Shown here: positions 12,363 through 21,904 of the stretch, in pieces
Layout: each line of letters opens with the position of its first letter
Position numbering within the stretch: position 1 is the stretch's first letter
The notes under the pieces: generated by a model
Database searches by the model: none
The model's input: only the letters and a program-made list of their open reading frames with translations
Told to the model about the DNA's origin: nothing
Source: a virus
Strand: one strand, 5' to 3'
Virus record (IMG/VR): IMGVR_UViG_3300011005_000048
Span: 99,401 to 163,400 of that record
DNA length: 64,000 nt
Made by a program: the position numbers and the translations under genes

Positions 12363-12689
12363 TTAATTGGTTTTAATACCACAAAGCATTTTAAATGCAT
12401 CTAATATTGTGTTAGATGCTTTTTTCTTTTTGATATTTTGTTGGTATTCATAATCATGTTTTTGTTTAAAATGTACAACATAATCATTCCAAATATCTTC
12501 CATTTCTTGTTCATTTTCTCCTTCATCTATCCAACCATTTTCTATATATTGTCTATATTTTAATATAGATGGATCACTTGATGGAATTATATCACCATAT
12601 TTATTACAATATGTTGTTTGTACATAAGATATTTCTGGATTATTTTGATTTAATTGTTTTATTAAATCTGAAGATAAATATTTTTTCAT
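12363..12689 (-). CDS. Hypothetical protein
   Basis: Intact 108 aa ORF; a convergent terminator-like hairpin (AGCATTTTAAATGCATCTAATATTGTGTTAGATGCTTTTT) overlaps its 3' end. Confidence 0.45.
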   Translation of the reverse strand: MKKYLSSDLIKQLNQNNPEISYVQTTYCNKYGDIIPSSDPSILKYRQYIENGWIDEGENEQEMEDIWNDYVVHFKQKHDYEYQQNIKKKKASNTILDAFKMLCGIKTN

Positions 12690-12884
12690 TTTAACTTAAA
12701 TTTTTTATCAGTTTTAGGATCTTCACCATTAATATATTTAGCACAATATCCGAGTTATAGTACCTTTATAACCAGGTATTTCATATACTTTACTTCCTCC
12801 ATCTTTATCAGATGCTTGATGAATATCAACTAAATATTTTGTTTTTATTTCTTCTATTAGATTATCAAATTTTTCTAATTTCAT
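12686..12884 (-). CDS. Small hypothetical protein with one CGG +1 site
   Basis: ATG 12882-12884; MKLEKFDNLIEEIKTKYLVDIHQASDKDGGSKVYEIPGYKGTIT then CGG at 12750-12752; +1 gives GYCAKYINGEDPKTDKKFKLK*, whose TGA overlaps the ATG of the next gene. Confidence 0.6.
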
Positions 12885-13073
12885 TTCTTTTTATCACCAA
12901 AACGTTTTGCATTAATAGTTGAAAAATGATTATAATCATTATACTCTTTATTTAATTCTTTTAACATCTTTTTATTATCATATCCAACCGATTTATTTTG
13001 TTGTTGTGTATTAGCAACTCCACCGTTTTATTATTGAATAAAATTTATCTAATGTATACGGATTTTCTTTCAT
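12881..13073 (-). CDS. Small hypothetical protein with one CGG +1 site
   Basis: ATG 13071-13073; MKENPYTLDKFYSIIK then CGG at 13023-13025; +1 gives GGVANTQQQNKSVGYDNKKMLKELNKEYNDYNHFSTINAKRFGDKKK*, whose TGA overlaps the next ATG. Confidence 0.6.
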
Positions 13074-13085
13074 ATTAAATATATC

Positions 13086-14369
13086 CTATTTTAATAAATC
13101 TTTTATATTGTATTTATCTTCTAATCCTGAGTTTTTAAATATATATTCATAATCACTATGTTTAGGTATATTGAAATTATCTGGTAATTTAGTTAAATTA
13201 GAACATTTATAGAACATAAAATCACATCGTTGAACATTGTTTGGAATTGTAAAATTATCTGGTAATTTAGTTAAATTTTTACAATTGCTAAACATAGAAT
13301 TACAATATTTAACATTTTTTGGGATTTTAAAAATATCTGGTAATTTTAATAAATTATTACAATTAATAAACATATTAGACCAATCATCTGTAGCATTTAT
13401 AAAATTAAAATCAAATGTACCATTTTTATCTAACCAACCATTTTTAAATTTTACTTTATTACCATAACAATCTATTGTTTTTGTTTTTGGATCATATTTT
13501 CCACCTATTTGATATACTATAAAATCTCCTATAGTTTCATTTGGATTTTCTTTTAAAAATATTTGTTTAGTATAATATTCTAAATCACCTTCTTTATAAT
13601 CATTATAATTATCATTAATGTATAATAAACAATCCACAGCATTTTGATTATTAGTTATTAATGCATCATCAGAAGTATCTTTAAATTGTTGACTACCATA
13701 ATGTAAAAGTGCATATGGTTTATTGTCTTTAATGAATACAAAATACCCATTAAATTTATCTGGATTATTATTTATATATTGATCAAAATATTCTTTATTT
13801 TTAGCAATACACCAACCAGTATTAAAGTCATTTCCACCAAATAATTTATTACATTCATTATATTGATCTTCACTAATGAAATATATAGTAAACTCTTGAT
13901 TACCATATATTTTCTTTAGGTTTTTATATATATTACTTGATAAATTATGTTCTTTTTTAAAACTATCTATAAATTGCTGTAAATCATTTAAAGTACTATA
14001 GTTTTGAATATTTTTCTGATTTGGTTTTAAATCAGGGCGTTTATTTAATTTTTCAAAATCTAAAATAATAGATTTTAATGGAGTTAAATCATCTAAACTA
14101 ATTTCTTTGTTCTTTAAAATATTATAAATCCAACTTTGATATTGTTTATTATCTGTAATATTATTGACTTGTTGTTCAATATTATTAAGTTGTTTACTTA
14201 TATTATTTTGTAAAATTTCTTTTTCTTTGTTAGTCAATTCTTGATATGATTTATTACCTATTAACTGCTGTTGAATGTTAGGAATTAAAGACTTTAAATT
14301 GGCTTCTAATATCAAATTAGAATTCCATTCATTTATTATATTTAAATATGCTTGCTCAAACTTATTCAT
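13086..14369 (-). CDS. Unknown protein with N-terminal 'TGWCIAK' domain and C-terminal BspA-like repeats
   Basis: 427 aa; closely related to 37907-39274 in order and sequence; C-terminus 'NMFSNCKNLTKLPDNFTIPNNVQRCDFMF'. Confidence 0.65.
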   Translation of the reverse strand: MNKFEQAYLNIINEWNSNLILEANLKSLIPNIQQQLIGNKSYQELTNKEKEILQNNISKQLNNIEQQVNNITDNKQYQSWIYNILKNKEISLDDLTPLKSIILDFEKLNKRPDLKPNQKNIQNYSTLNDLQQFIDSFKKEHNLSSNIYKNLKKIYGNQEFTIYFISEDQYNECNKLFGGNDFNTGWCIAKNKEYFDQYINNNPDKFNGYFVFIKDNKPYALLHYGSQQFKDTSDDALITNNQNAVDCLLYINDNYNDYKEGDLEYYTKQIFLKENPNETIGDFIVYQIGGKYDPKTKTIDCYGNKVKFKNGWLDKNGTFDFNFINATDDWSNMFINCNNLLKLPDIFKIPKNVKYCNSMFSNCKNLTKLPDNFTIPNNVQRCDFMFYKCSNLTKLPDNFNIPKHSDYEYIFKNSGLEDKYNIKDLLK

Positions 14370-14374
14370 AATTA

Positions 14375-15323
14375 TTAATTTCTTAAGTATTTTTCTAATT
14401 CAATTGGAAATGCTAATCTTGTATTTTCTTTAATAGCTTTTGCACAATTAGTTAATATTTCTACACTATTTGTATAAAATCTAAAGTCTTGATCATTTAA
14501 AATAATATTAAATAATTTTTCAAATGTATCAATATCTTCTTCAGAATATTTAGGTCCTACTAAAAGTTTTATAACTCGTTTTGGTTCATGAGATATTAAC
14601 TTACTCGATATAACTTTTGCATAAGATGGAATTAAATCTTCATTAGTGTCTTTATATTTTAATCTATTACCTTGTTCATCAATTAAAGTTTTTATATGAT
14701 GATATAAACCTGTACTATCTAAATCATCTTGTTTCCATTTTAATACTTCATTATTTTCTTCATATAGTGGTTTATAAGTCATTGTATAACATATAGCTCT
14801 TAATAATTCATTTCTATGTGCACCTTTGTATTTACTTTCTAATTCAGTTGGCGAATACATATAAAATTTACAAAATACTGGAAATTTAGTTAATAATATA
14901 TCAATTTGTACTTTTTTATCAATATGTTCATTATTTATATTATATTGTGGAAAACTAAAATGTATCATATCATATGTTACACTATTGATTTTAATATCTA
15001 AGTTTAAATTTAGATCATAAATTTGATTAAATATTAATTTCAAATTATCTAATATTGTATCTTCATTTGATCTTTGAATTTTATTAAAATCAATTCCAAT
15101 ATCTATATCTCCAGAACTAGGTTTTTTACCAGTACTACCTAATAAAAATATATCAACATTTTTTCCGATATAATGGATATATTATTTGTTCTTTTATTTG
15201 ATTAAATGTAGGTTCAATGTTTTCTTTTTGAATTCGATCTACACCTTCTACCGCATTGCCACCTTCTTTAGCAATTGCTTTTTCAAATAAATCTTCATAT
15301 ATTAATTTGTTTAATTGTAACAT
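14375..15323 (-). CDS. Nucleotidyltransferase-fold protein (Pol beta-type motif), one CGG +1 site
   Basis: Start at 15323; CGG at 15165-15167; +1 gives '...QIIYPLYGKNVDIFLLGSTGKKPSSGDIDIGIDFNKIQ...' continuing in phase into ORF 14375-15043 ('KVQIDILLT'). Confidence 0.72.
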
Positions 15324-15400
15324 AAAAATACCTAATAAAAAAAACTATAAATAATATTAATAATATTTATTATTTTAATAATATAAAGGAATAATAATAA

Positions 15401-15652
15401 ATGAAAAGAAAATTTGATATTTTATTTGAGAATATACTACAAGATATCAATGATTCATATGTTGATTATGAATTATTTAGTGTTTGGCGAGAAAGAATTA
15501 CTAACATTTTAAAATCTTTATTAAATAATAAAGAACAAGCTAAAGAATTTGTTAAATCTGAATTAGATAAATATGATAAAATTGGCGAAATAGATAAAAG
15601 AAAAGAAATTTTAAATATATATCAAATTCTTTTTGACGAACCATTAATTTAA
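15401..15652 (+). CDS. Small protein with leader MKRKFDILFENIL
   Basis: Intact 83 aa ORF. Confidence 0.55.
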   Translation: MKRKFDILFENILQDINDSYVDYELFSVWRERITNILKSLLNNKEQAKEFVKSELDKYDKIGEIDKRKEILNIYQILFDEPLI

Positions 15653-15858
15653 TATTTTTATTAAAAATTTTATTTTTATTTGAATGCTTCATAAAAGAAG
15701 CATTTTTTGTTTAATAAATTTGATATTTTTGATAAATAAATATATATATATATACAAAAAAAGTGATTAAAACATTTACTATATTTTAATCACTCGTGTG
15801 ATTAAACCGATTTAAAAGTTGACGACCTTGGGTAAAATAATGTCGTTCTATATTTTAA

Positions 15859-16159
15859 TTATCGGTTTTTATTTAATATTTCTTCTAATGTACAACCGAA
15901 TTTTTTTCGATTGCACATTTAATTTACATAATTTTGAATCATGTTTAATATATTTATTATCTAATGCCGGAAAATATTTTTCAGCCAATTTCAATAAATT
16001 TAAATTATATTTTTTAGTTTCTTTTGATATTAAATAAGTAATTGCTTCATTAATTGAAATATTATTAATTTTTGCTGTATTTAAAATGCGTTTAAATAAA
16101 GTTGCAGCATTAAAATCTTTTTGTTGATTTGCTGAAGCTATTAACTGTTCGATGGTCAT
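15859..16159 (-). CDS. Small hypothetical protein, CGG +1 site near the C-terminus
   Basis: CGG at 15896-15898; +1 gives ...QSKKIGCTLEEILNKNR*. Confidence 0.5.
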
Positions 16160-16279
16160 AATATGAATGTAACTAATTAATTTTATTATTATTTATTAAA
16201 AAATAAAAAAAAATATTTTTTAAAATTATATTAAATAATATAATGATGTATTGTATTTTTAAATAAAAGGAGAACATAT

Positions 16280-17287
16280 ATGTCTACAAAATCAAAAACA
16301 GATAATATGGTATTTACAGATGATGAAAATAGCAAAATGTTATTAAGTAATAATTTTAACTTTGCATTAGATAAAAATAGTGGAGTTAGTGCATGTTGGG
16401 GTAAAACGGTTAATGATAGTCCAGAATATGATCCTATTAGTCCTCAAGAATTAGTTTTTAAAATTTCAAATAGTTTTGATTTAAATAACTATGTAAAACA
16501 ATTTATATTCTTAGGTAATATTAAAGAACAAAAAGATAAAACAGAATTTGTATCACTTGAAAATACCTTATCTGCATTAACGAATGATAATTTAGTAAGT
16601 TTAAGCACTTTAGCAAGTGTTGTATTAATTTTTGATGATACCTTAAATGATCTTAATTTAAATGATGTATTAACATTTATTAAGTTTGTAAATAAATTTA
16701 AAGTTTCTATTATTATTCAACTTAATACAGATAAAAAGATTTCTGATGAATTATTAACAAAGATTAAATTATTAGGAAAATCTATACAGATTACTACTGG
16801 TGATACATTTAATTGCGATAATTTTATATACAACATTAATTTATTAAAGAAAAATGATTTTATTTTAAGTTCAAAACTTTTAATTAATAAAAATTCATTA
16901 AAAGAAGTTTTAACATTAGTTAAAAAATTAAATGATTTAAATAAAGAAACCGCTATTAAATTATATTTTAATAAACCATTTGTAACAGCTAAACAATATA
17001 AAGATATTCAAAATGCATTTATTGTTGCACATTTTGATAATGCAAGAATAGCTACATGTTTTAATAATCATTTTAATAAAAAGAATCCAAATATGTGTAT
17101 GTTACCTATGGATTGTGATGCCACCAGATTTAGTATTTATATTGAAAATGATAAGATATATCCATGTGAATTTAATCAGTTGTGTTCATACAGTTTTAGT
17201 ACTATGAAAACAATTAGAGATTTTTGGTATGGCAAAAATATTATCAAATTTAGAAAATATATTGTTGAAAATAATTTTTGTAAGTAA
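16280..17287 (+). CDS. SPASM/radical-SAM-like protein lacking a clear CxxxCxxC core
   Basis: C-terminal 'NPNMCMLPMDCDATRFSIYIENDKIYPCEFNQLCSYSFSTMKTIRDFWYGKNIIKFRKYI' resembles a SPASM region. Confidence 0.5.
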   Translation: MSTKSKTDNMVFTDDENSKMLLSNNFNFALDKNSGVSACWGKTVNDSPEYDPISPQELVFKISNSFDLNNYVKQFIFLGNIKEQKDKTEFVSLENTLSALTNDNLVSLSTLASVVLIFDDTLNDLNLNDVLTFIKFVNKFKVSIIIQLNTDKKISDELLTKIKLLGKSIQITTGDTFNCDNFIYNINLLKKNDFILSSKLLINKNSLKEVLTLVKKLNDLNKETAIKLYFNKPFVTAKQYKDIQNAFIVAHFDNARIATCFNNHFNKKNPNMCMLPMDCDATRFSIYIENDKIYPCEFNQLCSYSFSTMKTIRDFWYGKNIIKFRKYIVENNFCK

Positions 17288-17353
17288 GTTTATTTTTTAA
17301 TAATTTATATTATTCTTTTAATATTAACAATAACAATATAAAGGAGAATAACT

Positions 17354-17680
17354 ATGGGAAGAGCTAAAACTGCTGCAAATAAGGAAGTTCAAAATAAGAT
17401 TAAGTATGATGATCCACGTATGGCATATCTTTCAACTAAGAAAGAACTTGTTTTAAAGGAAACCGAATTGAAATTAAATCAGGTATATCCTAATGCAATG
17501 AATGATATTGCAGTAATTTGTGAAGATCAAAATGGCCTTTATATTACAGGTAAGTCATATGTAGATTCTTTAATGCTTGATCCTTATCGTAATTATAATC
17601 GTAAATCGATTACAATTACAAAAACTGATACAGATTATAATATTGAAAGTAATAATAATATGTATTCAGTTACTATTTAA
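17354..17680 (+). CDS. Hypothetical protein
   Basis: Intact 108 aa ORF with upstream AAAGGAG. Confidence 0.5.
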   Translation: MGRAKTAANKEVQNKIKYDDPRMAYLSTKKELVLKETELKLNQVYPNAMNDIAVICEDQNGLYITGKSYVDSLMLDPYRNYNRKSITITKTDTDYNIESNNNMYSVTI

Positions 17681-17702
17681 CAAATAATATATAATTGATT
17701 TT

Positions 17703-17742
17703 TAAGGAATAGATATATATATATATCTATTCCTTTTTTAAT
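17703..17742 (+). terminator. Intrinsic terminator
   Basis: AGGAATAGATATATATATATATCTATTCC followed by a T-run. Confidence 0.55.
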
Positions 17743-17782
17743 AAATAATTTTAATTAAATAAAAAAAAGGTTTATTTAAAAT

Positions 17783-18139
17783 ATGAAAAATCGTAAATTT
17801 GATATATTATTTGAAGAAATAATGTCTAACATTGATATGGATATAGACAAATTAATGACAAAAATTGAAGTACCAGAAAATTATTTTGATGAATACGTTC
17901 AACCTATTTTTGATGAAGTTAAACTTTCAGTAGAAAATAGAGAAGATAAAGATGATGCTGAACGTGCATTTGTTGAATATGAATTAATGGATGGCGATAA
18001 AGCCGTAATTATCGATTACATTAAAGATCAATGTGCAAGATGGTTAAAACAAGATGTTAAAAAATCAGTTTTAGATCCAGCCATTATTAAAGAAATGGTT
18101 ATGACTTGGATAACTGATAATTTTGATGTTATGTTTTAA
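17783..18139 (+). CDS. Small acidic protein with leader MKNRKFDILFEEIMSN
   Basis: Intact 118 aa ORF. Confidence 0.55.
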   Translation: MKNRKFDILFEEIMSNIDMDIDKLMTKIEVPENYFDEYVQPIFDEVKLSVENREDKDDAERAFVEYELMDGDKAVIIDYIKDQCARWLKQDVKKSVLDPAIIKEMVMTWITDNFDVMF

Positions 18140-18162
18140 TATTTTATGGAGATATAATAATT

Positions 18163-18504
18163 ATGAAAAAGAGTAAATTTGATATATTGTTTGAATCTAT
18201 TATTACCGAAATGAATGCCGATGGATTTTATCCAGCTAAATACACAGATGGTACTCAGGCTGTAGGTATTGACGCTGCAGGAAGAGAACAAATCTGGATG
18301 ATAGGACCAATTAAAGATAAACATAATAGAGATTACTTTACTCAAGAAGAATTACCACAATATACTACATGTTTATGGTTACCTAATAAATTTGGATATA
18401 AGAAAGGTATAGTTATTTCTATTGATAGTTATGAAGCAAATAAAGATAATCCAGAATTAAAAGAACTAGGTTTAATTAAAGATATTGATTTTGAAAATGC
18501 ATAA
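18163..18504 (+). CDS. Protein with leader MKKSKFDILFESIITEM; body resembles phage prohead-protease-type N-terminal strands
   Basis: 'ADGFYPAKYTDGTQAVGIDAAGREQIWMIGPIKDKHNRDYFTQEEL'; 113 aa. Confidence 0.4.
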   Translation: MKKSKFDILFESIITEMNADGFYPAKYTDGTQAVGIDAAGREQIWMIGPIKDKHNRDYFTQEELPQYTTCLWLPNKFGYKKGIVISIDSYEANKDNPELKELGLIKDIDFENA

Positions 18505-18670
18505 CATATAAAATATACATATATTAAGTATTTCTAATAAATAATCTTTATAAATTTTGATATTTAATTATTTTAATTAATAATAAGTATTGAAATTTAT
18601 AAAGATTTTTTTATAAATAATATTAATGTTTATTAAATTCACTAAATAATTTATTTGAGGATAATTAAGT

Positions 18671-19172
18671 ATGTATTTTCATTCATTTAATATCGGATAT
18701 ATTGATATACCAAATACAATAACATTAAATATATATACCGTAGGGTGTCCTCATCATTGTGCAGGGTGTCATTCTGTTGATTTACAAAATATAAATCATA
18801 AAGATAGACAAGTGTTATCTGCATCATTAATTGGTGAAAAACTAGAAACTGGAAATGGTTTTTTTCAAGGTATATGCTGGTTAGGTGGGGATCCATTATA
18901 TCAATTTGATGATTTTATACAAATTAATCAAGAATTAAAACATTTTAATAATTATTTATTAATTACTGCATTTACACGGATATAATTTAATTAATTTAAA
19001 TATTAATCAATATTTTGATTTATTATCATGTGTTGATATATTAATAGATGGACCTTGGCAGGGTAAAACAATAGATAAACAAGATACTAATCAAAAAATT
19101 TGGATTAATAATAAAGTTGAGTTTAAACAAATTACATATAATGATTTAAAAAATAAAAATTATATAATTTAA
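18671..19172 (+). CDS. nrdG: Anaerobic ribonucleoside-triphosphate reductase activating protein, one CGG +1 site
   Basis: 'TVGCPHHCAGCHSVDLQ' radical SAM CxxxCxxC and 'WLGGDPL'. The zero frame ends ITAFTRI* after CGG 18977-18979; +1 gives 'TGYNLINL...VDILIDGPWQGKTIDKQDTNQKIWI', matching the NrdG family C-terminal motifs. Confidence 0.88.
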
Positions 19173-19189
19173 TATAAGGAAATAATAAT

Positions 19190-20571
19190 ATGGCCTTTTT
19201 TGTAAATCACTCGTTCGATCATCATTTTGCTTCTTTATTAGACAAACTAGAAAAGAAGTATGGTACAGAAATGTTTGAATTAGAAGGAATTGATAAGAAA
19301 AATTTGGATATTGCTAAATTTACCAATAAATTCTTAGAAACACAAACAACTGCTGATGTTAGTGTAGATGCTAATGCAAACGTAGATGATACTTCTATTT
19401 TATCATGGGATTATGAAATGCCTAAAGCATTAATGAAATTAAATGGTTTATATTTCTTATGGAAAGATGCATTAAAGAAACATGGTATTAAACGTGCTAA
19501 CAAGATGATTGAACTTGAAATTTCAGGTGGTATTAGAATCCATGATCTTCACCGGTTGGTTAAAGCCATATTGCTGGCGGGACCTCACTAGCTTCTATTG
19601 TGAATGAAGGTATGCCGTGGGTAAAAAGAATTAAAATTGGTCCGGTAAAACATTTTTATTCATTTATTAATAATACATTTCAATTAATTTGTACGTTAAG
19701 TACTCAATGTGTTGGAGCAGTAGCTGTACCTGATTTTCTTATATATGCTGAATATTTTATTAGAAAAGATTTCGGTGATAAATGGTATGAAAATGAAAAT
19801 AATTTAGCATTTATTAAACAAGCATTTCAACATTTTATTTATAGTGTAAATAATTCATTTAGAGGTAATCAATCACCATTTACTAATGTAAGTGTATATG
19901 ATAAATATTGGTTAAAATCATTATTTTCAAATCACATGAATCCAGATTTTACTCATCCTGATTTAGATAATGCAATGAGAGTTCAAAAGATATTTGTTGA
20001 GGAATTAATTAATCAATTACAAGATAACCCATTTACTTTTCCTGTTATGACAGCTGCTTCATTAATTGATCCAGAAACTAAAGAATATAAAGATCAAGAA
20101 TGGTTAGATTGGTTATGTGAAGTTTCAGTTAAAAACAAGTGTTTGAATTTTTTCCAAGACGACTCAACATCTTCAATTTCTAGTTGTTGTATTACAGGAA
20201 GTGGTATAATTAAAGTAATATGTGAAGAAACAGGAATAACCGAAATTTATACTCTTGAAGATTTTGTTAATATGTTTAACTCTAATAATAAAGAAGAATT
20301 TGAAAAAATATTTGATAAATCTAATTATAAAATTTATTCTTATAATTTTAATAAAAATGAGTGGGAATTAGAAACAATTAATGGAGTATTAAAGAAAAAA
20401 TGTGATAAACTTGGATTATTAAAAGTTGAAATTGAAGATGGAAAAACGATTGAAGTTACTCCGGATCATAAATTTACAGTTCATAAAATTTCAACAAACG
20501 AAATATTAACTGTAGAAGCCGGAGAAATATATAATAATCCAACTGATTATGAAATAGGTATAGAAGAATAG
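19190..20571 (+). CDS. nrdD: Anaerobic ribonucleoside-triphosphate reductase, N-terminal extein plus N-terminal intein half; two CGG +1 sites
   Basis: Zero frame to CGG 19553-19555, second site CGG 19578-19580; reading '...IRIHDLH-G-WLKPYCW-G-TSLASIVNEGMPWVKRI...'. Joins ORFs 19190-19591 and 19600-20571. N-extein ends '...FFQDDSTSSISSC'. Confidence 0.85.
20188..20571 (+). other. Split intein N-terminal half (Int-N, 127 aa)
   Basis: Begins 'CITGSGIIKVICEETG' (block A), contains 'GKTIEVTPDHKFTV' (block B, TxxH). Confidence 0.88.
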
Positions 20572-20651
20572 TTTATTACCATCTTGTTATTGGTTTTGTT
20601 AACTTTTATTATAAATAATATAAAGGTTAATAAAAGGATATAAAATATACT

Positions 20652-21791
20652 ATGATAGAATGCCCAATATGTAAAAAAGAATTTAAAAGTTTAAATAATC
20701 ATATAATTTGGAAACATAATATGACAGTAAATGAATTTAAAACCAAATATAATATTACAAAATTACAAGAAGATTGTAGGGATACTAGTATAATATATAA
20801 TTGTCCATATTGTGATAAATCATATAAATATAATAATCAATTAGCTATTCATATTAAGTTTAAACATCCAAATTATTGGAAAGAAATACAATTAAATAAA
20901 GAATTAGATAAACAACAAAATTATAATTCATATAGATTTACATGTAATTTATGTAAAGTAAAAACAAATCAAATATATTTTCATATTTGTAGTTCACACA
21001 AACATGATATTACTTGGGAAGAATATTGTAATAAATTTAAACATAATATAAATAATAAAGCCTATTTTTCAGATAAACATTTAAAAAATTTATCTATTAA
21101 TAAAACAAAATTTTATGCATCTGAAAAAGGATTACAAGAAAGAAAACGTTTAAGTATTAAATATAGTGGTATAAATAATCCAGCAACAAGACCAGAAGTT
21201 CGTAAAAAAATATCTGATGCTGCAGTTAAACGTACATTAGATATAAACTCACCAAATACATTTATGGAAAATTCATATGGATTAAAATTTAAATTTAGTT
21301 TTAATAATAATGAATATAGAGCTAGAAGTTTTGAGGAATTTAAAGTAATATATACATTATTAAAAAATAATATTAAGTTTGAATATGAAAAAGTTCATTT
21401 AAAATATAAATTAAATAATATTTTACATACTTATATATTAGATTTAAAAATAAATGATATGTATATAGAAATAAAATCAAATACTACAAAATATAATTAT
21501 TATGATATGGATAAGTATAAAAGTATTGAAACTATGTTATCAACAATTAATAAACATTTATATATTTTAACTTATAATAATATTTGTAAAATGTTAAATA
21601 TTAATAAATTAACAAATAGTGAAATATATAAAGATATTAAATATATGTTAGATAATAATTTATGTTTTATATCTAAATATACATCAAATAAAAAACATAT
21701 AAAATCTAGAATTTTACAAGCAATAGATAAAAATTATTTACAACATAAAAATATAAAATATATTTATACTAATAAGGAATTAAAAAAATGA
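20652..21791 (+). CDS. Free-standing putative homing endonuclease: zinc-finger N-terminus and PD-(D/E)XK/Vsr-like C-terminus
   Basis: 'CPICKKEFKSLNNHIIWKHNMTVNEFKTKYNI', 'CPYCDKSYKYNNQLAIHIKFKH'; C-terminal 'YRARSFEEFKVIYTLLKNNIKFEYEK...HTYILDLKINDMYIEIKSN' with candidate E...D...ExK residues; sits between intein halves; its TGA overlaps the next ATG (ATGA). Confidence 0.7.
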   Translation: MIECPICKKEFKSLNNHIIWKHNMTVNEFKTKYNITKLQEDCRDTSIIYNCPYCDKSYKYNNQLAIHIKFKHPNYWKEIQLNKELDKQQNYNSYRFTCNLCKVKTNQIYFHICSSHKHDITWEEYCNKFKHNINNKAYFSDKHLKNLSINKTKFYASEKGLQERKRLSIKYSGINNPATRPEVRKKISDAAVKRTLDINSPNTFMENSYGLKFKFSFNNNEYRARSFEEFKVIYTLLKNNIKFEYEKVHLKYKLNNILHTYILDLKINDMYIEIKSNTTKYNYYDMDKYKSIETMLSTINKHLYILTYNNICKMLNINKLTNSEIYKDIKYMLDNNLCFISKYTSNKKHIKSRILQAIDKNYLQHKNIKYIYTNKELKK

Positions 21792-21904
21792 TAAAGTTTA
21801 AAAAAATTGTACGTATAACAAAACAGATTGCCACTGATTTTGTATATTGTTTAGATGTTGGCAAAAACCATAATTTTAATGTTAATGGAATAAATGTTAA
21901 TAAT
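21788..21904 (+). other. Split intein C-terminal half (Int-C, 39 aa)
   Basis: 'MIKFKKIVRITKQIATDFVYCLDVGKNHNFNVNGINVNN' followed by +1 Cys; typical blocks F and G. Confidence 0.88.

Noticed and set aside
17703-17742. TATATATA tract as a replication or regulatory element
   Set aside because: Better explained as the stem of an intrinsic terminator followed by a T-run.
19540-19602. Group I intron or translational bypass (hop) as the cause of the nrdD N-terminal break
   Set aside because: No extra sequence beyond single nucleotides; both fragments join directly with two 1-nt skips.
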